This document shows, piece after piece, positions 24,701 to 36,631 of a DNA stretch of 64,000 bases; position 1 is the first letter of the stretch; the number at the start of each line of letters is the position of its first letter. This DNA comes from Eledone cirrhosa (taxonomy: Eukaryota). Where the stretch lies: the NCBI GenBank assembly GCA_964016885.1, contig OZ024752.1, forward strand, positions 22,382,001-22,446,000. Direction: 5' to 3'. The notes beneath the pieces are model-generated. The model did not search any database. It was not told where the DNA came from and worked only from the letters and a program-made list of their open reading frames with translations. The translations under genes and the position numbers were made by a program.

Positions 24701-27607
24701 GTTGTTAATTCTAACCTTGCTGACTGTTTCTTTATACATAGCTTGTATAGCTCTCACACGCCATTCATCAACACCTAGTTTACTAAGGGCCCACCAGATA
24801 ATGGCACGGGGGGACTCTGTCAAAGTCTTTCTCCAAGTCATCAAAAGCTAAGTAGAGGGGTTTACTTTTAACTAGGTACTTCTCCTGTAGTTGTCGTACA
24901 AGGAAAAGGGCGTCTATGATACTTTTACTTGATACAAACCCAAACTGCATTTCGGCTAGATCAATTTGCTCTCTGATTAGTTGCGCTATTACTTTTTCTG
25001 CGACCTTCATGACCTGGTCAATTAATTTAATGCCTCTATAGTTTCCTCTGTCTACTGCATCTCCTTTACCCTTGTAGCATTTAATGATGATGCTGCTACG
25101 CCAGTCATTTGGTATGACTTGGTTTACTAATCCGTGTGACCATAGTGTGTCCCACCGTTCCAGATGCTTTCAGCATTTCAGCAACTATCTCCGAAGGCCC
25201 AGCTGCCTTGCCTGTCTTCATATCTTTGATTGCCTTACTTATTATATTACCTTCAACTTGCACTACTGGTCCTTCTATTGGATCGATGTGAGGCAGACTA
25301 TCTTTCTCCCATTTATTCTCCTCATTTAGTAGCCTCTCGTAGTGACACTTCCAAGCTACCTTCTTATCAGCGTCAGTGATGGCAAGTACACCATCATCAT
25401 TACGGACACACTTCTCCCCGACAATATCAAGGTTTTTCTTGACACATTGACTAGCAATCCTGAACATTTCACGTTTTTGGTCATCGCGTTGTAGAACATG
25501 CTTGAACTTTCTTTCCTCTGCTTCCCTTCTTGCGAAGTACACTTGTCTCCTAGATTCCTTCCTGGTCACTTGATAGTCTTCTCTACTTCCCCCATCCTGC
25601 CATACTTTCCAAGCCTGCTTTTTGGCCTTGATTGACTCCTCCACCTTACTGTTCCACCACCAAGTTACTCTCCTCCTGCCTATAGATCTGCTCTAGCCAC
25701 AGATTTCATCTGTCGCCTTCAGCAAGTTAACTTTCAGGAAAACCCACTGTTCCTCTATATTGTACGTCTCTAATTTATCTTCCTTACTGTCAAGTAATAT
25801 GCTTTTAAATTTGTTACTGGCTGTGGGGTGCTTTAACTTCCACATTCTTCTCCTTAGGGTAGTCCTCCTCTGTTGTCGAGTACGTCTCGTCCTGACTATG
25901 AGGTCGCTAACTATGAGGCTATGTTGGGAGGTGCATTCTTCATGGGGGAAGGATTTAGTGTTTACAACAGACACTCTGTCACGTCCTCTGGTAAGGATAT
26001 AATCTATCTGACTGGCGTGTTCCCCTGATTTATAGCTGATCAAGTGATTGTCTCGTTTTTTGAAGTTTGTGTTACAGATAGTTAGGTTATTTGCGTCACA
26101 GAATTCCAGGATTCTGGAGCCTTCCTCATTTCTAGTACCAAACCCATAGCCTCCATGGATTCTGTCATAGCCGTCACAATGTTGTCCAACATGACCATTT
26201 AGGTCGTCAGCAATAATTATATAGTCACTGTCGGTTATTTGGGAGGTAGTAAGCATTAACGACTCATAGAATCCGACCTTTATAACGCCAGGCAGTCCGG
26301 ATTGGGATGCATAGGCGGATATTATTGTCACAGTAGTTCTATTTAGGACAAGTTTTATTTTAATTATTCTGTCGTTCACTCTATTTACGTCTATTATCTT
26401 ATCTGCCCACTTTTCTGCTACCATGATTCCTACTCCACCCAGCCCATTGTCATTTCCCACCCAGAAAAGTTTATAACATTGTTTTTTACCCACAATGAAT
26501 CTAGCAGACACACCCCTCCACCTGGTCTCTTGAATACAGCAAACATCGACCTCCTTACGTTCAAGCATTACTACAACCTCGTTAGAGCGACCTTTTAAGG
26601 TGCCTATATTCATGGTACCAACTCTGAAGTTTTGGATTGCGTTTGGTGGGTGGAAGGGATGAGGCGCAGGGAGGGGTGAGGGAGATGGGGTTATGTTAGC
26701 CATCCGCGGCCGAAATAAAGAGGAGGAGTCCTTGCATTCTCGTCCGGCAACATAAGGTGAATTTATCTTTAACTTTGGCATTGTCATTGAGTGTCCAGAT
26801 TCTTCAGACTCACCAGAATTCTACAGTCCATCTAGCATATCAAAAGGCAACCAGGTCTAAACTTAAGGAGTGATAGCCGAGGCGGTGGTTTTGTGAAAGA
26901 GATTGGTAGGAGAAACATGATTTCAAGATGTTATTACATTGAATATTCCAAATCGATATACCAATCCGTTTGAAGTCCAAACAGTCTATTGCGAGGACGA
27001 CGTTCAGGAGGAGCTAATTGAATTGCAAAATGATAATGAGGCCACAATGCAATATCGGCTTCATGGTAAAGAAGGCTTGTGGTATCATCAAAGTATATTG
27101 AATTCTTACCCCAACCTATAGAAGCATTTGAAATTAATTTTGCTTGCCTTCCCAACGTCGTACTTGGTCGAATCTGGTTTCAGTCACGTTGGTACTTTAC
27201 TTTCTAAAAGCAGAAGTGGACTGGATGTAGCCAAACGAGGAGACTTGCGATTAAAATTGACAAGTTTGCAATCAAATGTGTCTGCACTAGCTGCGTCGCA
27301 TCAGCCTCAATGATCACACTGAAAACAAAACATGGCGAGTTTGTTGAACATTTAATACATGTATAATTTTTCAATTTTGTTTCATTGAGAAACATTTAAC
27401 AATCAAAAACTTAATTCTTCTGAATAACGTTTCAACTCCAAATCCCCATTTTGCAATATTTCATCTCAATAAATATTTCATTTTTGAAGCAACCGTTCTG
27501 AATAATGCTTTATTTTTGCCTCCTTAAAATTGCTGCACAGGTGGGCGATGGGAATTTTTGTGTGTGGAAAAGTGGGCGATAACGACAAAAAAGGTTGGGA
27601 ACCCTTG
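21758..27607 (+). mobile_element. Decayed hAT DNA transposon of the Buster/Charlie group, split by an RTE; left TIR not found
   Basis: ATG 21949 MPPVKKTCRQYS; BED-like PMCLLCQQTLSNEAMKPSRLKYHFDSKH; SDGPSSMVGR, HCVIH, LLYHTEVRWLSKG; C-terminal FPTSYLVESGFS...RGDLRLKLT (26921-27320); right TIR GGTTGGGAACCCTTG 27593-27607 followed by gtaTAtat. Confidence 0.92.
23253..26918 (-). mobile_element. Near full-length decayed RTE LINE inserted in the hAT transposase
   Basis: APE ORF 25693-26787; RT pieces 25105-25644, 24783-25010, 24191-24844, 23750-24082; (GAT)n tail at 23253; transposase reads MVER|FQD across the insertion. Confidence 0.94.
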
Positions 27608-27929
27608 GTATATATCTTTCAACTGCGGTCGTTTTATATTCTTGATAATTCTAATTTATTTCGATATTGCTAGGAACTTGGCTCCTTGGGCAACACATAC
27701 AAATACACACACATACACGCAAACACAAAAACATTCACATGCACATACACACAAAAACACTCACACACACACACACACACACACATACACATTCAGACAC
27801 ATACACTCACACACAATCACACTCAGACACACAAAAACACTCTTACACTCACACACAAACACACAAACACTCACAAAAGTGTAGTCATTCAGAGAAAGCG
27901 ATTTAAAAATAATTATTACATACACACCA

Positions 27930-28220
27930 GGTACAGACTGCATCAACATGAGATATTTTTCCTCCACATAGTTCGATCAGCAACAGCAGAGATCAACTCA
28001 TGGTGTGAGTAGGTTATGCCTGGTAGGAAAGTTGGCTGGTAAGAGAAGCAGAGGCCGGCAGCCAAAACAATGGCTTGATAATGTCAACCTATGGACTGAA
28101 CTTGATCTTTGCTCTTTAGACTTTGCTGTTGGTGATCGAACTTTGTGGAGAAAAATATCTCATGTTGATGCGCAGTCTGCAACTGGCAGAATTTAGAGTC
28201 AATGTAGTAGTAAGTAGTAG
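27930..28220 (+). mobile_element. Old RTE-like LINE 3' fragment (different family)
   Basis: LVGKLAGKRSRGRQPKQWLDNV...DRTLWR, a typical RTE C-terminus; short (TAG)n-like tail. Confidence 0.7.
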
Positions 28221-28270
28221 ATGAGTTACCTCCCTTTGCGTGACATACAAAAACACGAGCATTATATATT

Positions 28271-28713
28271 AATTGTTTCTACTTTTGGCACAAGGCCAGC
28301 AAATTACCTAGTACATTACTGGTACTTTATTTTATCGACCCCGTAAGGATGAAAGGCAAAGTTGACCGGGATTTGAACTCAGAATGGAAAGGGCCGTAAC
28401 TCTATGCGTCAAAGCATGACGTCCGATCCTCTACTGATACTGCCAATCCTAATGCTCGTAGATTGGCAGTATTGGTAGAGGGTCAGACGTCATGCTTTGT
28501 AGCATAGAGTTACGCCCCTTTATGGTCTGAGTTCAAATCCGGCCAAGGTTAACTTTGCCTTTCATCCTTACGGGGTCGATAAAATAAAGTACCAGTGATG
28601 CACTGAGATAGTTGTTGGCCTTGTGCTAAAAGTAGAAACAATTATATATTAATTGAAGGGGCGGTGGATTGGCAGTATTGGTAGAGAGTCGGGCACCATG
28701 CTTTGCAGCACAA
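28271..28713. mobile_element. SINE cluster: 28271-28449 (-), 28461-28643 (+), partial head 28658-28713 (+)
   Basis: Same family as 8635-8811. Confidence 0.88.
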
Positions 28714-28969
28714 AGTTTTCTCATTACTAACTTAATGTATCGGCTACGTCGAATACACAGGGTTTGTTGACATTTATTTATTTGCTCTTTTTTTAACAAA
28801 TACATAAACAGATTTATTAAAATATTCAGTCACTTTTATTCATGGAATATATCTTGTGAATAAAATAGAAAGGAAACAAAAGAAAAAAAAAGGAAAATAT
28901 GGAAGAAAAAAAGAGAAAAAGAAAGAAAAAAACGGGTAGGAAGTGGACTCCACATTGTGACAGATCATA

Positions 28970-31900
28970 TACCATACCATACCACACCATACGATATCAT
29001 ACCACACCATACCATACTATACCGCACCATCCCAGACCATACTATACCACACCATACCATAGCATACCATATCATACCACACTATACTATACCATACTAT
29101 ACCATACTATACCACACCATAGCATACCATATTATACCACACCACACCATACCACACCATACCATACCATACCATATCATACCACACCATACCACACCAT
29201 ACCAGACCATACTATACCACACCATACCATAGCATATCATACCATACCACACCATACCATACCATATCATACCGCACCATACCACACCACACCATACTAC
29301 ACCATAGCATACCATATCATACCACACCATGCCATACCATACCACACCACACTATACCATACCACACTATACAATACCACACCATACCACACTATACCAT
29401 ACCATACCCCACCATACCCTACCATACCACACCATACCCTACCATACCACACCATACCCTACCATATCACACTATACAATAACACACCATACCACACTAT
29501 ACCATACCTTACCACACCATACTCTAACATATCACACTATACAATACCACACCATACCACACCCCACCATACCCTACCATACCACACCATACCCTACCAT
29601 ATCACACTATACAATAACACACCATACCACACTATACCATACCTTACCACACCATACTCTAACATATCACACTATACAATACCACACCATACCACACCCC
29701 ACCATACCCTACCATACCACACCATACCCTACCATATCACACTATACAATAACACACCATACCACACTATACCATACCTTACCACACCATACCCTAACAT
29801 ATCACACTATACAATACCACAACATACCACACCCCACCATACCCTAGCATACCACACCATACCCTACCATATCACACTATACAATAACACACCATTCCAC
29901 ACTATACCATACCATACCACACCATACCCTACCATACCACACCATACCACACCATATCACACTATAACATACCACACCATACCCTACCACATCAAACCAC
30001 ACCACACCATACCATACTACACCACACCATACATTACCACCACACCACCATATACCACACCATACCACACCATACCACAGCACACCACATTACACCACAC
30101 CATACCACCACACCATACCACAGCACACCACCACACCACCATATACCACACCATACCATACCATACCATACCACACCATACCACACTATACCATACTATA
30201 CCATACCACACCACACCATACCACACCATACATTACCACCACACCATACCACACTACACCACACCATACCACAACACCATACTATACCACCATATACCAC
30301 ACCACACTACATCACACCATACCACACCATTCCATACCATACTATACCATACCACACCATACTATACCATACCACACCATAATATACCATACCACAGCAT
30401 ACTATACCATACCACACCATACTATCCATACTATACTATACCATACCACACCATACCATACCACAAGATACCACACCACACTATACCATACCACACTATA
30501 CCATACCACACCATACCACACCACACCATACCACACCATACCACACCATATCACACCATACCACACCATATCACACCATACCATACCTTAACATACCACA
30601 CCATACCACACCACCCCATACCACACCATATAAACCATACCACACCATACTACACCATACCATACCACACCATACCACACCACACCATACCACACCATAC
30701 CACACCATACCACACCATACCACACCATATCACACCATACCATACCTTAACATACCACACCATACCACACCACCCCATACCACACCATACTATACCAAAC
30801 CATACCACACCACACCATCCCAAACCACACCATACTATACCAAACCATACCATACCATACCATACTATACCACACCATTCCACACCCTACCATACTATAC
30901 CATACCATACAACACCATACTATACCATACCACAATACTATACCATTCCACACCCCACCATACTATACCACACCATACCGTACCATGCCATACCAAACCA
31001 TACCATACCACACCATACCTTATCACAATATACCGTACACTACCACATCGTACCAATACATTACCATACCACACAATACTACACTACACCACCCCATATG
31101 ACACCATATAAACCATACCACACCATACTACACCATACCATACCACTCCATACCATTACACACCATACCTCACCATACCACACCATACCATACCATATTA
31201 CACCATACCTCACCATACCATACCCCACCATACCACACTACACCACCCCATACCACACAATATAAACCATACCACACCATACTACACCATACCACACCAT
31301 ACCTTACCACAATATACCACACCACACTACCACATCGTACCAATACATTACCATACCACACCATATCACACTACACCACCCCATACCACACCATATAAAC
31401 CATACCACACCATACCACACCACACCATACCACACCATACCATACCACACCATACTACACAATACCATACCACACCATACCATACCATATCACACCATAC
31501 CATACCATACCACACCATATCACACCATACCACACTATACCATATCACACCATACCACACTATACCACACACCATACCATATTACACCATACCTCACCAT
31601 ACAATACCCCACCATACCACACTACACCACCCCATACCACACAATATAAACCATACCACACCATACTACACCATACCATACCACACCATACCATACCATA
31701 TCACACCATACCACACTATACCACACCATACCATACCATATTACACCATACCGCACCATACCATACCCCACCATACCACACTACACCACCCCATACCACA
31801 CAATATAAACCATACCACACCATACTACACCATACCATACCACACTATACCATACCATACCATACCATATCACACCATACCACACCATACCATATCACAC

Positions 31901-32098
31901 CATACCTCACCATACCATATCACACCATATCACACTACACCACCCCATACCACACCATATAAACCATACCACACCATACTACACCATACCATACCACACC
32001 ATACCATACCATACCGTACCATACCATACCTCACCATACCACACCATACCATACCATATCACACCATGCCTCACCATACCATACCACACCATACCATA
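28970..32098. repeat. Complex pentamer satellite (CCATA/CCACA/CTATA)n with 120-bp higher-order repeats at ~29430-29880
   Basis: Direct inspection; a 40-aa block recurs in the spurious ORF translation. Confidence 0.97.
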
Positions 32099-32099
32099 T

Positions 32100-32817
32100 A
32101 ATTATATATATATATATATTAAAATAACAGATTAAAGTTTAAGCAAAGAATCGCTGCTTTCACCCTTAACGGATCTTCTGAAACTAAAATAAAAAATCAA
32201 TCTGTGAACGCAGAAGTACATATTTCGAAAAACGTTACACACTACGTCAATACTCATCTTTTTCCATTTATCTGAGGGTTCTAAACCCCATTATCAGACT
32301 AAAATTTCTTTAGTCAAAAATACGGTGGAAGCTATTCTATTTTCTAATTTCAAACCTGCTCACTTTCAAAACATACTTACTTGTCATATATATATAAAGG
32401 AATTGTGATAATGAACCAGATGGAGACCATAACGCACCAGAGTACTCAACACTTAGGGTAGTAGAGTGGGAAATAGGAAAAAGTATGACCCCGACGGCAG
32501 AGCTCAAGCCGTTTCGACGGCTATTTCAGTCCAGAAATAGCCGTCAAAACAGCTTGAGCTCTGCCGTCGGGGTCATACTTTTTCCTATATATATATATAC
32601 GCACACACACTATATATACATATATATATACACACACACCACGTCATAATGTCGTAATGCAGACAGCCAGACATACAGGCAGATATTATAAGGGCGCAAC
32701 GTTATATCTATGTATCTATCTAAAAAGAGAAAGACTAAGAGTTATAGAGAGAGATCGAGTTCTCGAGTTTTAGTGATCGGACAGACAGACAGACATTCTC
32801 TATTTTAGATATATAGA
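32100..32817 (-). mobile_element. Non-autonomous Helitron-like element, 3' end missing (paralog 39346-40212 keeps hairpin and CTGG end)
   Basis: Minus-strand start TCTATATATCTAAAATAGAGAATGTCTGTCTGTCTG; homologous to 48879-49534, with an extra internal segment. Confidence 0.75.
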
Positions 32818-33641
32818 CTAGCAGAAAACCACCCGGTGGGCGGTTTTCTGCTAGCAAATCTACTGTATATACTGATATTGTTGAGATTTGGATGAGAAAT
32901 GTTTTCGGCACCACATGTTCATCGTCTCTCGGTGTGTCTTTTATGCATGTACAAATATATATGTTATCTATACGGTGAAATCTTTGAAATAAATATATGT
33001 TAAAACGAAAAAGGAGAAAAAGAGATTAGTGACGGAAATATAAACGTTATGATACATAAACGTTATGATATAACGAGGGAAATATATAAACGTTTACGAT
33101 AAAACGATGGAAATAGAAATGTTTATATATAATGATAAGCCGAAACACTCGTAAGCCGAAACACTCGTAAGTCGAAACACTCGTAAAGCGAAACGTATAA
33201 ATAAAGATTAATGTAATGAATTTGAAAAGCATAGAGATTTGAAACCGCGTCTATTTGTTTCCTTGGCATTTTTTACAGACGGACAGACAGACAAACAAAC
33301 AGAAAAATGTCCATTATATATTATAAGTAGACTTGGCATGGTGTCAAGTCAGAACCGCCTCGAACTGGTTACTTCTGGCTTGTGCAAGGTGTCTCTATAG
33401 CAACCAGCGATTCCCTCGGTCTCAGTGACCAAAGTCAGTGGAGAGGGGAAGGTAATATTTCTATAGTGACAGTGTTTCTCTTGGTAGTACCAAAGTGGAG
33501 AAAGGAAGGGGAAGGTAATATTTCTGTAGCACCTACATTTGAGTTTTAGGGAAGGACAGACAGACAAACAGAGAAATGCCCATATATTTCTGTGTGTGTG
33601 TATATATATATATATTACACACAGAAATGTATATATATTTC

Positions 33642-33706
<65 letters not shown>

Positions 33707-34599
33707 CACACACAGAAATGTATATATATTTCTGTGTGTATATATATATATTTCTGTGTGTGTATATATATATTACACACACAGAAATGTATATATATTT
33801 CTGTGTATATATATATATATATTACACACACAGAAATGTATATATATTTCTGTGTGTATATATATATATTTCTGTGTGTGTATATATATATATATTACAC
33901 ACACAGAAATGTATATATATTTCTGTGTGTATATATATATATTACACACACAGAAATGTATATATATTTCTGTGTGTGTATATATATATATATTACACAC
34001 ACAGAAATGTATATATATTTCTTAGAACAAAATTATTATTAATGTTTTGCTGTTCATAACAATTGGAATTGAAAAATTACTTTTGAAATTATTAGTTATT
34101 TTACTAATGCTTAGATATGTAAAAATGAAGCAATGTTTCTAATAATTGTTTCTACTTTTGGCACAAGGCCAGCAATTACCCAGTACATTACTGGTACTTT
34201 ATTTTATCGACCCCGTGAGGATGAAAGGCAAAGTTAACCTCGGCGGTATTTGAACTCAGACCGTAAAGGGACGTAACTCCATGCTATGAAGCACGGTGTC
34301 CGACTCTCTACAGATTCTGCCAATCCACCGCCCTAATGTCTGTACGTAATGAGGGAGTGAGAGGGGAGAGAAAGAAAGACAGAGGTGAAGTGACGAAGTG
34401 ACTCTCTCCTCCTCCTCCTCCTCCTCCATCTCCCCATTCGTCACAGCGATAGAGGGGAGGAAAGAGTGAGAGTGAGAGAAACAGACAGACTAAAAGAGAG
34501 GGATAGCTGGAGAGAGAGAGAGATAGCAACCACGCGCGCACGTGTTTCCACTGTCGGACAGACAGACAGAGAAATTGCTGGTTATATATTATAAGTAGA
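32818..34599 (-). mobile_element. Compound Helitron insertion (32818-33331 and 33332-34599) containing a minisatellite and a SINE (34144-34333, -)
   Basis: Minus-strand termini TC...CTAG; inserted between A and T with no TSD; the paralogous site 40212/40213 is empty. Confidence 0.85.
33590..34022. repeat. Quasi-palindromic minisatellite (ACACAGAAAT-GTATATAT-ATTTCTGTGT plus TA spacers)
   Basis: About 7 units seen directly. Confidence 0.9.
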
Positions 34600-34606
34600 T
34601 ATATAG

Positions 34607-35193
34607 ATATCTAAAACTCGAGAACCACCCAACCGATTGTTTTCAAACTTTACACATGTAATACTTATGGCCCTGTGAGTGTTTTGAGAAAAGAAAATTT
34701 CAAATTTTCAATGCCCTAGGGGCCACATTAAGCGATTTAGCGATCTTTCTCTATAATTCTTAGTTTTTCTTTTTTTAGATAGATACATAGATATAACGTT
34801 GCACCCTTATAATATCTGTCTGTATGTCTGGCTGTCTGCATTATGACATTATGACGCTGTGTGTGTGTGTGTGTATATGTATATATAGTGTGTGTATATA
34901 TATAGTGTGTAACGTTTTTCGAAATATGTACTTCTGCGTTCACAGATTGATTTTTTAAATTTTAGTTTCAGAAGATCCCGTTAGGGCGAAAGCAGCGATT
35001 CTTTGCTTAAACTTTAATCTGTATATTAATATATATATATATAATTATATATTCGTGTACAGATATTTTTGCATACACAATAACAAAATATATACAAACG
35101 TATTTATTTCACGAGGCTCGATAAGGATAAATATATATCAAATATATGAGAACCCTAGAGCAAATCCCGAGCAACGCCAGGCCATTCTGCTAG
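34607..35193 (+). mobile_element. Non-autonomous Helitron-like element (paralog ~40220-40788 lacks the 3' terminus)
   Basis: Ends CCCGAGCAACGCCAGGCCATTCTG-CTAG|T; reverse complement of the 48879-49534 family. Confidence 0.8.
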
Positions 35194-35245
35194 TAACAGA
35201 TAAAATGATGAAATTAATTCTTATAATATTATTTACTCATTACAG

Positions 35246-36469
35246 GATGATACAGTGTGTGCCTTGTGTTCAGAGAAGACAGATGTCCAACCAGATGAAA
35301 CTAAGATAGATCTGATGTGTAAGGAGGAAGACCAAATTGAAACATGTCATAACGAAGAACACCTAACTGAGAGAGGTCATAAAGATGAACACCAAATTCT
35401 GATATATAATGAAGAAGTACACCAGGCTGAGAAAGGTCATAAAGATGGATACCAAATTCTGATATGTCATGAAGACATACAACAAACTCAGAAAGGTCAT
35501 AAAGATGAACTAATAACTGTGGTATGTCATAAAGGTGTATACCAAACTAAGACAGATCATCAACTGGAACTAAAAATTGAAACAGGTCATAAAGAAGAAC
35601 TCCACACTGTGACAGGTCATAAAGAGAAGCTCAACACTGAAACAGGTCATAAAGAAGAACTCCAAACTGAGGCAGGTTGTAAAGTAGAACTACAGACTGA
35701 GACAGGTCATAAAGAGGAACTTCAAACTGTAGTATGTGATAAAGAGGAGCTCCAAACAGTGACAGGTCATAAAGAGAAACTCCAAACTGAGATGGGTTAT
35801 AAACAGGGATTCCTTACTGAGATGGGTCATAAACAGGAACTCTTTACTAAGATGGGTCATAAACAGGAATTCCTTACTGAGATGGGTCATAAACAGGAAC
35901 TCCTTACTGAGATGGGTTATAAACAAGATCTCCCCACTGTGACAGGTCATAAACAGGATCTCCAAACTGAGACAGGTCATAAAGAAGAACCCCAAATTGA
36001 GGCAGGTCATAAAGAAGAACTCCACACTGAGACAGGTCATAAAGAGGAATTCCACACTGATACAGGTCATAAAGAGGAACTCCACACTGAGACAGGTCAT
36101 AAAGAGGAACTCCAAACTGAGACAGGTCATAAAGAGGAACTCCACATTGTGACAGATCATAAAGAGGAACTCCTTACTAGGATGGGTCATAAAGAGAAAC
36201 GCCACATTGTGACATGTCATAAAGAAGAACACCACATTGAGATGGGTCATAAACAGGAACTCCACATTGGGAGGGGTCATAAAGAGGAACTCCTTACTGA
36301 GATGGGTCATAAAGAGGAACTCCTTACTGAGACAGGTCATAAAGAGGAACCCCATGAGACAGGTCATAAAGAGGGACTCCAAACTGAGACAGGTCATAAA
36401 AAGGATCTCCCCACTGTGACAGTTCATAAAAAGGATTATTTATTTGCTCTTTTTTTAACAAATACATAA
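35246..36469 (+). CDS. Candidate exon/ORF with ~35 copies of an 11-aa repeat (TGHKEELxTE-like); function unknown
   Basis: TTTACTCATTACAG| acceptor-like site in phase 0; 1.2 kb open; length-variant unit is 30 bp, so frame is kept; no ATG start, and the tail runs into unrelated AT-rich sequence. Confidence 0.45.
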   Translation, partial: DDTVCALCSEKTDVQPDETKIDLMCKEEDQIETCHNEEHLTERGHKDEHQILIYNEEVHQAEKGHKDGYQILICHEDIQQTQKGHKDELITVVCHKGVYQTKTDHQLELKIETGHKEELHTVTGHKEKLNTETGHKEELQTEAGCKVELQTETGHKEELQTVVCDKEELQTVTGHKEKLQTEMGYKQGFLTEMGHKQELFTKMGHKQEFLTEMGHKQELLTEMGYKQDLPTVTGHKQDLQTETGHKEEPQIEAGHKEELHTETGHKEEFHTDTGHKEELHTETGHKEELQTETGHKEELHIVTDHKEELLTRMGHKEKRHIVTCHKEEHHIEMGHKQELHIGRGHKEELLTEMGHKEELLTETGHKEEPHETGHKEGLQTETGHKKDLPTVTVHKKDYLFALFLTNT

Positions 36470-36631
36470 ACAGATTTATTAAAATATTCAGTCACTTTTA
36501 TTTATGGAATATATCTTGTGAATAAAATAGAAAGGAAACAAAAGAAAAAAAAAGGAAAATATGGAAGAAAAAAAGAGAAAAAGAAAGAAAAAAACGGGTA
36601 GGAAGTGGACTCCACATTGTGACAGATCATA

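Noticed and set aside
26790-26918. HDV-like ribozyme in RTE 5' UTRs
   Set aside because: Known for some RTEs, but I could not build the nested double pseudoknot by eye; needs a descriptor or covariance search
21949-27320. Domesticated ZBED5/ZBED8/SCAND3-like host gene
   Set aside because: Frameshifts, stops, an RTE insertion and a retained TIR indicate a dead transposon
28899-31265. 788-aa His/Thr/Pro/Tyr ORF and similar ORFs at 36561-39218
   Set aside because: Translation of a pentamer satellite that rarely forms stops; the paralogous array does not keep the frame
35690-36427. Antisense EFLFMT-repeat ORF (also 41321-41926)
   Set aside because: Shadow frame confined to the homogeneous part of the repeat; the + frame extends through the degenerate part and has the acceptor-like site
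35560-36430. 33-bp periodic repeat as a CRISPR array
   Set aside because: Contiguous tandem units with no unique spacers, no cas genes, eukaryotic context
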